Shown here: positions 28,400 through 43,480 of the stretch, in pieces
Layout: each line of letters starts with the position of its first letter
How positions within the stretch are numbered: position 1 is the first letter of the stretch
Assembly: GCF_009914755.1 (NCBI RefSeq)
Contig: NC_060930.1
Source of the DNA: the human T2T-CHM13v2.0 reference genome, Homo sapiens
DNA length: 64,000 nt
Strand: one strand, 5' to 3'
Made by a program: the position numbers and the translations under genes
Notes under the pieces: model-generated
Told to the model about the DNA's origin: nothing
Databases searched by the model: none
What the model saw: the letters and a program-made list of their open reading frames with translations, nothing else

Positions 28400-28840
28400 T
28401 TACAAATAACTGCGACACATTTTATCCCATTAAGTCTTCATGACACCCTTGTGAAATTTCTTTTTGATTTTTTTAAATCTCCAAATTATCCAAGAAGAAA
28501 GAAGGCGTTAAATAAATGAAGGGATTTTCCCAGGGCACACAGCTATAAGACACATGGAACTGAGATTTCAAAATTAGATCTAACTCTAAATAGAGTACTA
28601 ACAGCTCCTAGTTATTTAGCACCTACTATGTTCCAGGCATGGCTCCACGTACTTTATAAGCATTAACTCAAATCTCACAACAACCCTTTTATGGAGGGAA
28701 TATTTTTGTCCCCACTTTACATATGAGTAAACTGAGGCATCAAGAGGTTAAGTAACTTCTCAAACTTCCACAGTTAGTAAGAGGCAGAACCTGGCTTCAA
28801 ACTCAGGCTGACCTCTGTTTTGCTAACTCTTTGTATACTA
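28400..28840 (-). mobile_element. Two adjacent MIR SINEs
   Basis: MIR core aaactgaggcatcaagaggttaagtaactt; tttagcacctactatgttccaggca. Confidence 0.8.
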
Positions 28841-30487
28841 CCTGATAGGTTTAATAACCACTTTGGCATCTCACAGAGGTGTTGTTAGAATTTAATGGCA
28901 TAAAATGTACCATGGCTGTTTGTAAGGAATAAACATTTATCAGACTATGTGAAAAAAAAATTGAGGTCAGAAATGAAATACATGTACATTTTATTGATGA
29001 TGCACATTCCACCCAGATAAAGAATATAAGACTATAATCAGGAGACAGCATCAGAGAATATGTGTTGTGAACAGCTTTTCCTTCATTTACCATTTTTTCT
29101 TCAGAATTTCTTTGAGATGGTTAAGGAATCTAGATCAGAAATTTTAAGGGCAGGAAACACAAATATTGGAGGTCACAGGTCTAGTTCATATTATTATTAA
29201 TCTACTCTAATTCTGCTCCTATTTTTGTTTTTAAATTATTGCCTTCTCATAAAGACTGGTTTAAATTGCCTTCTTGGAAATTCAGGAGCTTACAAAAAAA
29301 TTTTTTTTAAAAGAACGAAAATATCTCTTCCATTCAGACTCCACAAATACTGAAATTTCACCACGGGATTAATCTTTTTTTCCCTTATTTTAGATGTTTT
29401 TTACATCACTTCCGCTTGTGTGCCATTGCAACTTTGACTACTTCTGCATCAAGCTTTTTAGGACATTTGGTTCTGATCAACTCCCTTTCTGATTTCCTAG
29501 CTCTGTCTTACAGTGGAAAACTCATTTATTTTTGCCCTGGGTAAACAACTTATGCTCATTTATAACTCAAAGCTACCTGGGCAATTGGGTGATTATTCAG
29601 TGATCTGAATATAAACAACCAAAGTAGATAAAGGCTGGAATAACTTAAAAAATTAAACTTTTTTAATTACCCAGTCTTTCCAGGTAATTGTCTCACTTCA
29701 GCACTTTAATTTCTCTGTAGATCAAACTTAAGGGCTGTTAATAAATGACCTTAAAGAAAGCATCCTTTTTCTCATTATATTTTTGTAATAGTCTATGCTA
29801 TGCTTTGTCTGTATATAACCTGCCTACACCGATGTTACTTGGCTATTGTGTTTTATGACATGGTGCTTTTAAGCCAAGTCTACCAACTCTCACTTGACTG
29901 ATAAAACACCTCAATCCACATATAGTGGACCGCATTTTCTTGCACTTCCTGTTGCTATACTCTGAAATACTTAGACTCAAATTTATTTTTCACAAGAAGC
30001 TGTATTTTGGTAATATGTATTAATAAGGAATATTTGTTACTGAGACACTGAACATGGATCATGCTTACATGGTATATTTCCACTACAAAATGTAAGCTCC
30101 AAATGCCATAGTAAGGTTGGCCAAAGCAAGTTTAAGAAGTGAAAAAGAAAAAACACTTATAGAAATCTCAGAACTGTTAAGATCATAAATCATAAGTAGA
30201 TTTTCTTTCTAATCCCAGCAGTATACCCTAAAGGATAAAGATTTATAGTCCTTGTAATTTTATTTTAGGTACTATAACGGCTAGTTCTATTCTTAGCTAT
30301 ATAAATGTATCATTTTTCACTCTTACAAAACTATTTGCTTCAGTATCTTCTAGCCAGTGAATTCCATGTGTGTTTGAAGATTTAACACATCAGAAATTTT
30401 TAAAGTTGGTTGCTTTTGTTGACTTTTAAAGTTTTTTTTTTCATTGTGGTCGTTTAATATACATTTTGTTTATAGTTTCTTATTAAA

Positions 30488-31703
30488 AATTTTTATTGTA
30501 TATATTTGAGATGTATAACATGGTGTTTTTACACACATATACATAATGAAATGAGTGAAATGATTACTACAAATTTACATATCCATCACCTTCCATAGTT
30601 ACCGTGGGTGTGTGAGTGAATTGAGAATACCTAAAATCCACTCTCTTAACACATTTTTAGAATACAATATAATATTATTAACTATATCCTCATGTTGTAC
30701 ATTGTATCTCTAAATGTATCATACATAACTGCAAATTTGTACTCTTTAACCTACTTCTCCCCTTTTCCTCCCCCTCCCTGCTCCTGGTAACCACTGTTTT
30801 ACTGTTTTTATTTATTTGACTATTTTTTTAAAGATTCCACGTATAGGTGAAATCATACAGTCTTTCTCTTTCTGTGTCTGGCTTACTTCCTTAGCATAAG
30901 GTCCTCTAGGTTCATCCATGTTGTCACATGGCAATATCTCTCCTTTTAAAGGCCAAATAATATTCCATTGTAGATATATACCATAATTTTTTTTAAAAAA
31001 TCTATTCATCTGTTGATGGCTACTTAAATTATTTCCATATCTTGGCTATTATAAATAATGCTGAAAAGAACAAAGGAGCACAGATATCTCTATGAGGTGC
31101 TAATTTCATTTCCTTTGGGTATGTACCCAACAGAGGGATTGCTGGGTCATATGGTACTTCTAGTTTCGATTTATTGAAGAACACCCACATTGTTTTCCAT
31201 AATAGCTGTCCCAATATACATTCCCGTCAGCAATATATAAGGGTTTCCTTTCCTCCACACCCTCTCCAACCCTTGTTATCTCTCAGCTTGTGTGAGGTGA
31301 TATCTCATTGTGGTTTTGATTTGCGTTTCCCAGATGATTAATGATGTTGAACATTTTTTAACATTTCTATTGGCCATATGCATGTCCTCTTTGGCAAATT
31401 TTGATTCAGGTCCATTGCCCATTTGTAAATTTGGCTATTTGGTTTTTATTAGCTATTGAGTTGTGTGAGTTTCATATATTGTTTTGATATTAATGCTTAT
31501 TAGATCTATGGTTTTTAAATATTTTCTCCCATTCTATAGGTTGCATTTTCATTTTATTGACTGTTTCTTTTACTAGGAATCTTTTTAGTTTGGTGTAGTG
31601 CCACTTGTTTAATTTTGCTCTTGTTGCCTGAACTTTTGCTGTGTTATCAAAAAAATCATCAAGGTCAATATCAAGGAGCTTTTCCCCTAAGTTTTCTTCT
31701 AGG
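30488..31703 (-). mobile_element. L1MA (L1MA8-10-like) 3' portion including ORF2 C-terminal remnant
   Basis: ORF 31029-31214 (KLEVPYDPAIPLLGTYPKEMK) matches the L1 ORF2p C-terminus; L1MA-type 3' UTR. Confidence 0.9.
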
Positions 31704-32072
31704 AAGAGTATGGATTGTTTCTTACATATTTATTTTTCATTAACATTTTTCTTATTCTCATTACAAATCTCAAGTTGTCTTTGGCACTATAATAAACTTG
31801 GCTAAGAACTTTAAAAGAATGTACATGACTACATTAAAAAAATTGCCTTGTCTCCCGGGAAGATGATATGTAAATATATTTGGCATAACTGGCATGACAT
31901 CTCCTCACAGAAACACAAGGCAGCTTCTCAAATGGTTCTCAAATTAAAAGTTCTGCCCACCTCATATACGCTGTTTTCCATTACCTTTTCCAGTAAAGTG
32001 GGGAGGGGATTCCTCTCCCTAAGTACCTATAGATAGCTTCCTACAAATTGGGGCAAAGCTTAATGTCTAATG

Positions 32073-32258
32073 CTTTGGTCTTCAAACATTAGTATCGGAA
32101 TTACCCAGAGAGCTTGTTAAAGGACCAAGTGCTGGACCCATTCGCAAAATTTCTGATCCAGTAAGTCTGGGGTGGGGCAAGATAATTTGCATTTCTAACA
32201 AGGCCCAGGGGATGCTGTTGCTGCTGCTGCTCTGGAGCAGCACTTTGAGAACCAGTGC
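32073..32258. mobile_element. MER5A hAT-Charlie MITE
   Basis: atttgcatttctaacaagg...cactttgagaaccagtg. Confidence 0.88.
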
Positions 32259-32549
32259 CTTCATGCATGAGAGTAGGGGTATTTATTTACTTGCTTTTTC
32301 TTGATCAAAAAAATTTATGTATATAACTGAGAAATATATACTTAAGTTCCTGATAAGTTGCTTTTATTTTCTTGCTGGGAATGTGGATTTTTAAAAAGGA
32401 AGATGTTAAAAACAATAAAGACCAATGGATGGATTTTTTACTTTCCACATGAATTTTGTTATTCTTTTTCCATTTTGTACTCATTGCAATGGTCATTGTC
32501 TCTCTTTTCCTAGAGGCTACCCTTGTGGAATTACTGTTATATGCCATTA

Positions 32550-32700
32550 ACATGTCTTTTACAGATGAAGAAACTGAGGCACAGAGAGATTTAGTAGCAT
32601 GCTCAAGTCATACAGCTAGTAAGTGGCAGATATGGGATTTGAACCAAGTCAGTCTGACTTTACAGCTTGTCCTTAAACAATGTGCTTTATTACCTTCCAA
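32550..32700 (-). mobile_element. MIR SINE
   Basis: tttacagatgaagaaactgaggcacagagag...cagctagtaagtggcaga. Confidence 0.88.
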
Positions 32701-35283
32701 TCTTCAGATGGCATAGCAATTATTTAAATAACTTTTGAAATAGCCAGAAATGCACTTTCAGCTGTTGAAATAGTCAATTTTGAAAAATATTTTTGAGACT
32801 AATGATTATACATGGTGCAAAAATTTTTGTAGTTGCAGTCAGTTGCAAAAAGAATAAAGTATGACATTTCTTGTAAGATCTGACCCCTAACAACTTTTCA
32901 GATTTTTTGCACCCTGCCTTCAGTTGACATTAGTCTATTCATTAGCCCCTAAAATGACTGTGCATTTTGTTACTTCAGGATCCTTGCTTATGCTGTATTT
33001 TTAACCTAGTTTAAAACATTTCTGTTCTGCTCCCTTAGGTGAGAATTGTTCCTTTATTTTAGACTCTCAACGTGCTTTTTACCACTCACGTCTTTCCACT
33101 TTGAACCAGAAAGTCTATTTTTACATATTTGTCTATTCCTTTAGAATCTAAGCTCCCTGGGGGCACAGTCAGACCTCACTCATTTCCATCCCTTTTCCTA
33201 TACCTCCTACTCCTGGTGGTGCCTGGCTCAGAACTGAGTAAATGGAACCTGAAATATTACTGAATAATTATAGACAATTAAAAAATTGGCTTTTATTTAT
33301 TGCCTGTGGTCACTCAGCTATTTGGTTTTGGCCTGGGACTTTCAAAACCAGGTGCTTGCTGTAAATTCCCGCCAGATCTAATGTTTTTCTAAAAGATTAT
33401 TTGGTAACACTAGTTCTCTGTGACTCTCTGTTTTGTGTTACCACCTATCTTACTAGAATGAATTATTTCCCATTTTCTTCTCTGTGTTTGTGTCTATTTC
33501 TCTGATCTGTGGCTAATGTGTGGGGTAACTCTTTCTCACCTACTCTAACACCAGTCAAGCTCTGAATCACTTACATTTCAGCATGCTATTCATAAAATTG
33601 CCTCTGCTCCAATCTCAGTTTTTGAACATGTCCAAAGCATTATAATTTTTCCACACCCTTGACTTTGATGAGGTCATGTGCTATAAATTTGTCCATATCA
33701 CCTAAAAGTTCAGATTTCTCTGTCTTCTAGCTCCCTTTTTCTTCTTTAGTGGTTTCATAACTGAACATCCTAATATGATTTTTCCAGTCCAGCTAAGATC
33801 CAGTGCTTAGAGGCATTGCAAAATCAATGTCTACTAATAAGTTCAAAATACTTTCACTTCTTTTATTGGTTGTCTTTGAACACAAAAAGAAATATGAAAA
33901 AATATTGTGAACAAAGGCACCCATTTTCAATGTAAGTATTTGCCAAGATAGGCTTGGACCTAAGAAATGTTGTGAGTTTTTTTTTTTCATATTCTTTCTC
34001 AGTGAGTTGATTCTTCTCTGTTCTATTTTTTCCCCACTCTACACAAGTCTTTTTATGAGTCTTAAAAGAAAATTGCTAATGTCTTAATTCTCTTGCCTGG
34101 ATTTCTTTTCAGATTAGTTTTTCTTGATTTCCTTACCCTTATTTTTAATCATTTTCTCTATTTTCATCTGTGAGTAGCAGATGTGTGTAGGCTCAGTTTA
34201 GCTAAATAAAAATTAGGTACCAAAATATAATTATTCACCCATGTTGGTATACTTGATTTAGGAAAATATATGGATGATTATTTGCAAGGCTTATGAGTCA
34301 ATGATTATCTGCATTTAAACTTCAAATTTTTATACTAAAAAATAGAAATATGATTTCAATATATACGACCCTTATATAGTTAGAATTGTAATATCAATTG
34401 AGAAAAGAATAATGGAAAGAAACTACAGCATTATAAAATAAGTTTAAAAAATCAGGATTCTTTAGCCACTTACCCAATAAACAGATGTTGAATTCATATT
34501 ATCCATAATCACTAAGGGGGATATTAAAAATATTGAGCCCTGAAAGGAATCTATTTTCCCAGAGCTCACAATTATATTACATTTATTTACTACTTGCATC
34601 ACATAGGTGTGAAAAAAGGTATTATAGAGGATATTAATGGATTTTATATAGGATAGTAAAGAGATATCGAGTTCAGGGAGTTTTATTATTATAAATTATA
34701 AAACATTAGGATAGGGTATATGTTTGCCTTAAAGGTGTTTGATTGTTTGGCTGCAGCCCTCTTAGGGATCCATAGAGCTTTAGGTCTGAAAAAACTTAGA
34801 CATTATTTAGTCCAACTTCATCACTTTACAGCTTAGGAAACTGAAATCCAGAGAGTTAGATGACTTATCCAACATTAGTGGCATGTAACAGCCAACAGTG
34901 TAAAACTGGGGTATTTTTTTTTCACCTTTCCATTTACCTATTTATCTCTTTAAGAAATATTTGAATAGACCTGGGAATACAAAATATCGGGACAAAATAA
35001 ATAAACCATCATTTGCTCTCTCGAAGTGCTTCTTGTACAACAAACTATAATTGATGGAATGACATAATGGCATAGATAATAAAAGAGTAGTCATGTTGGC
35101 GTGTGTGGGATTCCCACATCAGTGTTGCCACATAGCCTCCTCTTCAACTTAGGATAATTTCAACAGATTTTTAAAAATCTTGTCAACAACATTTTAGACA
35201 AGCAGAGAAAGATTTTCACTTTACACTTGTGCTAAAAGTGTGGGCAAAACCAAGTTTTACTTGAAATGTCTTGTTTCATTTAA

Positions 35284-35619
<336 letters not shown>

Positions 35620-36503
35620 AATGTATTTATTTTTATTAAAAGTTTCAGGCATAGTGTTTCACAAAAATAAATAAACACAATGCTACATTTTATTATACTT
35701 TTTAAACATTGTTTTTCTTTTAAAGAAAGTTTGAAATTTGAGCTAGTACTAATTTTGCTGCTTCAATTTAGCATAATTTAAGTCACTTTAGGAAGGCGTA
35801 TTTGTTGTTTTTATCGATTATTCATGAAAAGAAAGTTCCAATTCTGACAGTCAATTTTTATCAAAGGAAGATATGAAGTTATTGTTTAACATACATTGCC
35901 AACTGAATTACATGGAGTGAAAATAAAGTAGTGTGTAGCTTTATTAATGAATTCAGACACTCAGCATTGACTCCAAGTCTCTTTAAAATTAGGTTGAATT
36001 TAAATATAGTAAAAGTCCAGTTTCAAACTTAGTTTATTTTTATAATGCTAAATTTCTCATATTAAAATTTTGATGATTACATAGTCTCCATTTTATTAAA
36101 ACTTATCTTTATTGTCATCTTTCAAAAATATGAATAGCAATAAGGACACATGAACACTTTTTATTTTTTTTCTAATGAGACTGCATAGAATTGTTATGCA
36201 TAAAGCAGACTTCAAAACAGGTCAGGCATATCTAACTTGTAAAATAGAGTGTACATAGTTCAATACATAATGTGTATGCTTTCATTACAGGGTGAATGTG
36301 TTTAGTGTGTCCAAAAAATTTTGGTAATACAACTAGACTATCCTTCCATCCTCCAGTACCTCAAAGGTAGAACACAATGTATGTTTTTAAGATAAATATT
36401 ATTTCTGAAATACTCCAGAACCCTAAAATTTTGCTGGTAGTTCTATCTATGTTCTGGATGCCCCAAATGTCTTTATGCTTGAATTATTAAAAATGAAAAT
36501 CTT

Positions 36504-36729
36504 GGCTGGATGTCATACCTCATGCCTGTAATCCATGCATTTTGAGAGACCAAGATAGGATGATTGCTTGAGCCCAGGAGTTTGAGACTAGCCTGGACAA
36601 CCTAGTGAGAATGCATCTCTACAAATTTTGTTTAAAAATTAGCTCGGTGTGGTGGCTCACAGAGGTGGTGCCTGCTACTCGGAGGCTGAGGTGGGAAGGT
36701 CACTTGAGCCTGAGTGATCAAAGCTGCAA
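36504..36729 (+). mobile_element. 3'-truncated AluJ
   Basis: Left arm and partial right arm ending aagctgca; TSD aaaaatg(a/g)aaatctt. Confidence 0.88.
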
Positions 36730-37354
36730 AAAAATGGAAATCTTTATTTTTGCAGAATTTACAGAAGTCCTAATCTAGACAAAGGCACTTTTTATAATGG
36801 TTAAAGGTTGCTGCTGCTGTTTAAAGTTAGTAAAGTGGCTTCTAATCTAGGAATATATGAAAATGCACTAGAATACAATTTTTAAATAATCTGTAAGCAA
36901 ATACTACTAAAAGCTCTCAAGATTTATAAATTTTGAAATTTTACCACCATATTTAAAATATTATAGTTGATTATTCCTGCTGATGGTGGAGTTTCTATCA
37001 CTAGACTTGCATTTACGTTTGAGGTAGCAAAAAACTGTTCCTTTTGGCTTTCCAAACAACCAGCAGAAGTTAGTGTGTAATTTCCAGTTAAGTTGTTACT
37101 ATTTGCTTTTTTGTTTTGTTTTGTTTGTTTTTAATTGTTGCACAATCAGCCAGGACACCATTCTTGACTCAATTACAATAATATATTCTGAGAAATAATA
37201 AACAGAAACTCTATTTCTCTTACATGTATCAATGACATACAAAATATTTCCTCATAAATCTAAATTTAGCCCTCTGGAAAGAATCTAAATAAACTATAAG
37301 GGAGGTGGATAAACTCTTGGCAATGGTGTGGTATGCAGTAGAAACAGTACAGTC

Positions 37355-37900
37355 TATATTACTCAGCAGTCTTTTTATCTGCAACTGATAGAAATTTAAA
37401 TTCAAGTTAACTAAACCAACAACAAGGAAAAGAGAACTCATTGACTAACATCATAGAAAATTCAAGGGTTCCATCCTGCTTCAGGGCTTGCTAAATTCAG
37501 AGACTCGAATGAAGTCATCTTTCTCTTTTTATTCCCTAGCTCTAGTTTGTTTTGTGTTGGCTATCTTCCACGAGTAAGCTGTCTATTTGAGGTGGCCTCC
37601 AGAAACTCTAGGCTTACTGCTAACTATTCCAGTGAAAAACGGTTTCTCTTCTGAATAATCCCAATAAAATCCCAACACTAAATATCACTGGATGACTTGG
37701 ATCACACACACACCCTTGAGCCAATTGCTATGACCAAGGAGGTAGGATATGCTCACTATACAGGGCTAAGTCACATGCCTACTCCTAGATGAGAGAGCTA
37801 TGGTCAGCTCCATTTAAACAACCTAGACTGAAAGTGGAGAAGACTTGATCACTGAAAGGAAAACCAGATGAAGTTACCCAAAGAAAGATGTTTAATAGGA
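37355..37900 (-). mobile_element. Old MaLR LTR (MLT1J/K-like)
   Basis: ggatcacacacacacccttgagccaat; ggctaagtcacatgcctactcct. Confidence 0.6.
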
Positions 37901-38031
37901 AAAAAAAAATTTAAAGTCTACCTTACTTTCAAATTCAGGTGATTTTGGTCTACTTAATGATAGGTGACTTCTACTGACTCATTTTCTTCTCCATATATGA
38001 TATTGATTTGGGGGTCAAATGACTAGCCTTA

Positions 38032-38485
<454 letters not shown>

Positions 38486-39538
38486 TTAAGTAGTTCAATT
38501 CACTGTTTTAAGGCATACATGAAGTCTTAGTATTCTAGTATTTATATGACATTACTTTTTGTATTTTATCATTGGATATAATATTTAAAAAACCACTAAT
38601 TCCTGATTTTTCCCCTTATTTATAAGCTGGTTTTCTCTTCCAACATGAAGGTCACCATTACAGTTCCAGGCAAATAAACAGGAGATAGCAGATGTCTTCT
38701 CGGGAAGAAGAGGGTTATAATGTAGTGGGAAGCCTGCCTCCATTGTCAAGGGGTTTGTGCAGAGAACTGGGGAAGCAAAGGTAAGAGAGGGAGCTGTAGC
38801 ACCAGACTGCGGAGATCTAGTCAGCTGAAAGAAGCCATTGGATCCTTACTAAGCTGAGAGGGGATAGACAAGGGGTTTATTAACATCAGACACTAACAGC
38901 AGGTGCAGAGCTGTGAGTCAGCCAGCATGCAGAGTATGATTGTACTGGTAGTTTTTACTGGTAGTTTATAGTTGTGCCTGTATTCTTAGGTACTTGCGTT
39001 GTACTGATTTCTGTGTTTTTACTTTCAGTATCAATTAAATGACATTCAGCGCATATCCAAGGACTAGCATGAGGCCAGCATTCTCCCTCTTCCCCAATGC
39101 TATCGAGTGATTTACACTTCTCTCCCACACATTCAGATGCCGTCTTAAAGAGAAATAGAGAAAGGAGAATGAAATGTTTTTGCAGAATTATTGTAGGATT
39201 ACCCCATGTAATCTCTTCAGATAGCTGGATTGTACTAATATTTGAAAACCAAATTCAGTATTTCAACCCTACTTCCTAGTGTGTGGGTGGGTAGGGTCAT
39301 AAAGATTAGATCAGTTATAGAGAAATAAAGAAGTCATGTGATATGCACATCCAAGTTGTGGTATGTGTAAATCCTGATACACAAACCAATGAATTAGCTT
39401 TAAATGTAAATTTATACTATTGGCCACTAGCAAGAGGCCACTTAATTTACTCATAGACATTTAGCTGGGATCTCTGTGTGTGATGTTAGTGCCATAAAAG
39501 GATGAACTTGAACCTCATAAGGCTGCATTTTTGTCTAG

Positions 39539-39858
<320 letters not shown>

Positions 39859-40987
39859 CTAGTAAAGATTATAATTTTTTTTAAAACTAGGTCACCTTGT
39901 AATGGAAATAGTAGCAGAGGATAAAGAAGAAAGTAGAAAAAAAGGTTTTAATAAATATAGCATGTATAGGATGAATATTCTACTTATACCAGATACATAG
40001 ATGATTGAAAATGGGATCATAAATAGGGCAAAAACACTGAAATGTGTACTTATGTAGAAACATATATGGATAGAAAATTTACAAAAGAAGAAAAAAGAAA
40101 TTTGGAAAATATTCATTTTAGTTTTAATAAACATAAATCACACAAATGATTTATATAAATATAAAAAGTCCCCTTCTCACTATTGAAAGAGCATATTTTA
40201 TATTGCTGGTGAAATTGTAAACCTTTTTTTTTTTAGTAATTTAGCAGTATTCATAAGACAGTAGATGTTTTCAGGAGTATAACTTAAAGAAGTAACCTCA
40301 AATATAGAAAACTCTGGGTTCACAAATATGTTGATCATGTTTTTTAGTAGTAAGAAAGTAAAAACAACCTAAGCATTCCAAAGTAGGAGAATGATTAAAT
40401 ATACCTAATTGTTTAAATATTATGAAGGCATTTAGGACCAAAGCAAAAAGGAAAAAAAGTCATTCTAATATTTTATAAATGTTACTGTTATACCTAATGA
40501 CAAATATACATTTTTTAAGAAACAAGATAATGTCAGAATCATAGGAGTATCAGGTATTATTTTTCTGGTTTCCAAATACTAACAGTGTAGTCAGAATATC
40601 TGTTCAATGGCTAAGTGCATAAAGAAAGAAAATTGCTATGGGGACAGAATTGAATATCTCTGAACCCCAGTTTTCTTCTCTACAGATACCATCCAATATA
40701 ATCCCTCATTCAAGTTTTCTAGATTCTAAAACTCTGTAATCTATGGTCTATAAATAATGAGCATATGAAAGATTTAGTTTTAGACTTCTTTCAAAACGTT
40801 GTCACTAAGATTCCATGGAAATAGAGCATTGCCATCTGGTGGGATAGCTCATAAATAAGAACATAAATAATGCATTTTAAAAGTTTGTTGCATTAATAAA
40901 TATTTCAAAAAATATAGAAAAGTTATAAAAAAGAAAGGATTATTGAGCAAAAGCAAAATAATAGATACTCAACACTCAACAAGATTT

Positions 40988-41282
40988 CATTCTCAGCAAA
41001 CCATCGCAAAGACAAAAAACCAAACACCGCATGTTCTCACTTATAGGTGGGAATTGAACAATGAGAACACATGGACACAGGAAGGGGAACATCACACACC
41101 TGGGACTGTTGTGGGGTTGGGGGAGGGAGGAGGGATAGCATTGGGAGATATACCTAATGCTAAATGATGAGTTAATGGGTGCAGCACACTAACATGGCAC
41201 ATGTATACATATGTAACAAACCTGCACGTTGTGCACATGTACCCTAAAACTTAAAGTATAATAATAATAAAATTTAAAAAAA
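40988..41282 (+). mobile_element. 5'-truncated young L1PA (L1PA3-5-like) 3' end
   Basis: Close match to primate L1 3' UTR (gggaattgaacaatgagaacac...cctaaaacttaaagtataataa). Confidence 0.95.
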
Positions 41283-41389
41283 TACCTACTTTGTGCAAAA
41301 CATTGTAGTAGTAAAAATTAGAGAAAGTCTAATTAGAGAGATAAAATTTTAAGTTGAAAAGTTACATTAAATATAAAGCAAAGTTCACT

Positions 41390-43480
41390 CATTTTTGGAT
41401 TAGTATACTTTTGTGTATTTTGTTTAAAAATCTTTGCTTATCAGTAGGTAGTAAGAATATATTGTGATATTGTATTTTAAAAGCTTTGTTTTATGTTTTA
41501 TATTTAGGTGTATAATCAAATTGAAATTGATTTTTTAAAAATATGGTAACACGTAGGAGTCACCTCCCACATCTATAGGCATCTTTCATCATTTATTAAA
41601 AACCTGTTATGATAGACTCTCCTTTCTCTGCTTCCCAGCTCACCACATTTCACATAAATCGTGTATATATGGGTTTGTCTCTAAATCTTCAATTTTGGTC
41701 TATTTGTCTATACTTGTACCAATACTTCATAGTCTGAATTACTGTAGTTTTACAATAAATCTTGAATTTTGGAAGCGGATGTCCAGCTTTCAGCATCATT
41801 AAGATTGCTTGGTTCTTTGTATTTTTATATACATTTTGAAACCTTGTTGTTGGTTGATGCTCATATACTTAAAAAATAACTTCTGAGATTTTGACTGGGA
41901 AAACAGTTAAATAGACTAATTTGTGGAAAATTGACATCTTTATAATACTAAGTTTGTCAAATCATAAATATGGCATATACACCTCCATTTAAATAAATGG
42001 AGGCACTTAAAATTACCTCTATTATTATTGTATTTTTTTCTGTGTGGAGGCTTTGCACAACCTGATTAAAATTATTCCTTAGTATTTTTGGCTTTTATTG
42101 TTATTGTACATTTTTAAAAGAAAATGTCATTTTATATCTATATGTTTTCAGTGGAGAAATATAATTAATTTTTATATATTGATTAATATTGTTGAATTCA
42201 TGTATTAATTCTAGTAATATATCTACAATTTCTTTTAAATTTTCTGCCATTCAATTGTTATCTATGGTGATTGAGAGTTATTTTTTTCTTTCTAATCTTT
42301 CTGTATTTTATGTTTTTGTCTTCTTTAGATATTATTTTCCCCTTTGTTATTCCATTAGCTATGTATTCTTTTGCTACTATTTCAAAGTGGATATCTTAAA
42401 GCATAAAAAATGGAAATGTATGAAAGTTTCCATAAACTCCAGTCCTTTTACTACCACCAATGTAATGACCTTTGAACACTTTATTTTTAATCTTCTTTTG
42501 TGCTATTGTGTATGTAGTATATATATATTTAAAATCATACTACACATTTTAAACTCAAAAGTTTATTACATTTTGGTTTTGCCAGTCAAAATTGATTTTA
42601 CTTTACTCACTTATATACCTTTTCTATGGATCTTCCTTCTTTCTTGAATTTTTGTGCTGCCTTCTAGGATTATTTTCCTTCTGTCCAAAAAACTTCCTTT
42701 AGCGTTTTCAGTTAAGATGTGTTCATAGTTAAATACTTACTTTGGTTTGTTTGGAGGTGCTTTTATTTTCTCTTTCATTTAAAGGATAATAAATGGGTCT
42801 GGAATTCTAGATTGGCTGTTATTTCTTTTCAACACTTCAAAGACCTCATACCATTGCCTTCTGGCTCATATTATTTTTTCAGAGAAGTGAGCCATCAGTT
42901 TTATGTTGCTCATTTGAAATTATGCTGTCTATCTCCCTCCACATGCTTATAATTTTCTGAAGTTTTACTATGATATGCATATATTTGGTTTATCTCTCTT
43001 TGATTTTATACTATTTCTTGAATCTGTAGCTTTATATCTTTCATCTGTCTTGAAAAAATATTGGCCATTTTCTCTTCAAATACACTATTGATCTATTCTC
43101 TATATCCTCTCCATGGTGGACTCTAATTACACATAAGTTAGACCTTGCATTTTGTCTCAGATGACTCTGGCTGTCTTCTATTTATTATTGGTCTTCATAC
43201 ATTTGTTCAGTTATTTCTACTGACTTTTTTTCCAGTTTCACCAATCTTCTCTCCTACTTTGTCTAATTTACTGTTAAACTCATTTATTGAGTTACCTTCA
43301 ATTATCATGCATGTGGTTTTCTATTTTTTACTTCTAGAATTTTCACTTGATTATTCGTCAATTTCTTTTTTGCTAAAAAAACTCTTCACCTTTTCATCTA
43401 ATTTCTTGAACATACTATTCATAGTTATTTTAAAATTCATGTCTGTAAACTCCAGTGTATTCCAATTCCATATCTGAATC
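41390..43480 (-). mobile_element. Old L1 (L1ME/L1MC-type) fragments
   Basis: T-rich L1-antisense motifs (aattgacatctttataatact; ccattgccttctggct; ttggccattttctcttcaaata). Confidence 0.7.

Noticed and set aside
30270-30290. actataacgg resembling an LSU rRNA motif
   Set aside because: Only about 10 nt match with no flanking rRNA similarity
30812-31214. ORFs with protein-like sequence
   Set aside because: Frameshifted L1 ORF2 C-terminal remnants, not a host gene
42189-43477. Hydrophobic 152-aa and 110-aa ORFs resembling membrane proteins
   Set aside because: T-rich antisense L1 sequence yields Phe/Leu/Ile-rich chance ORFs
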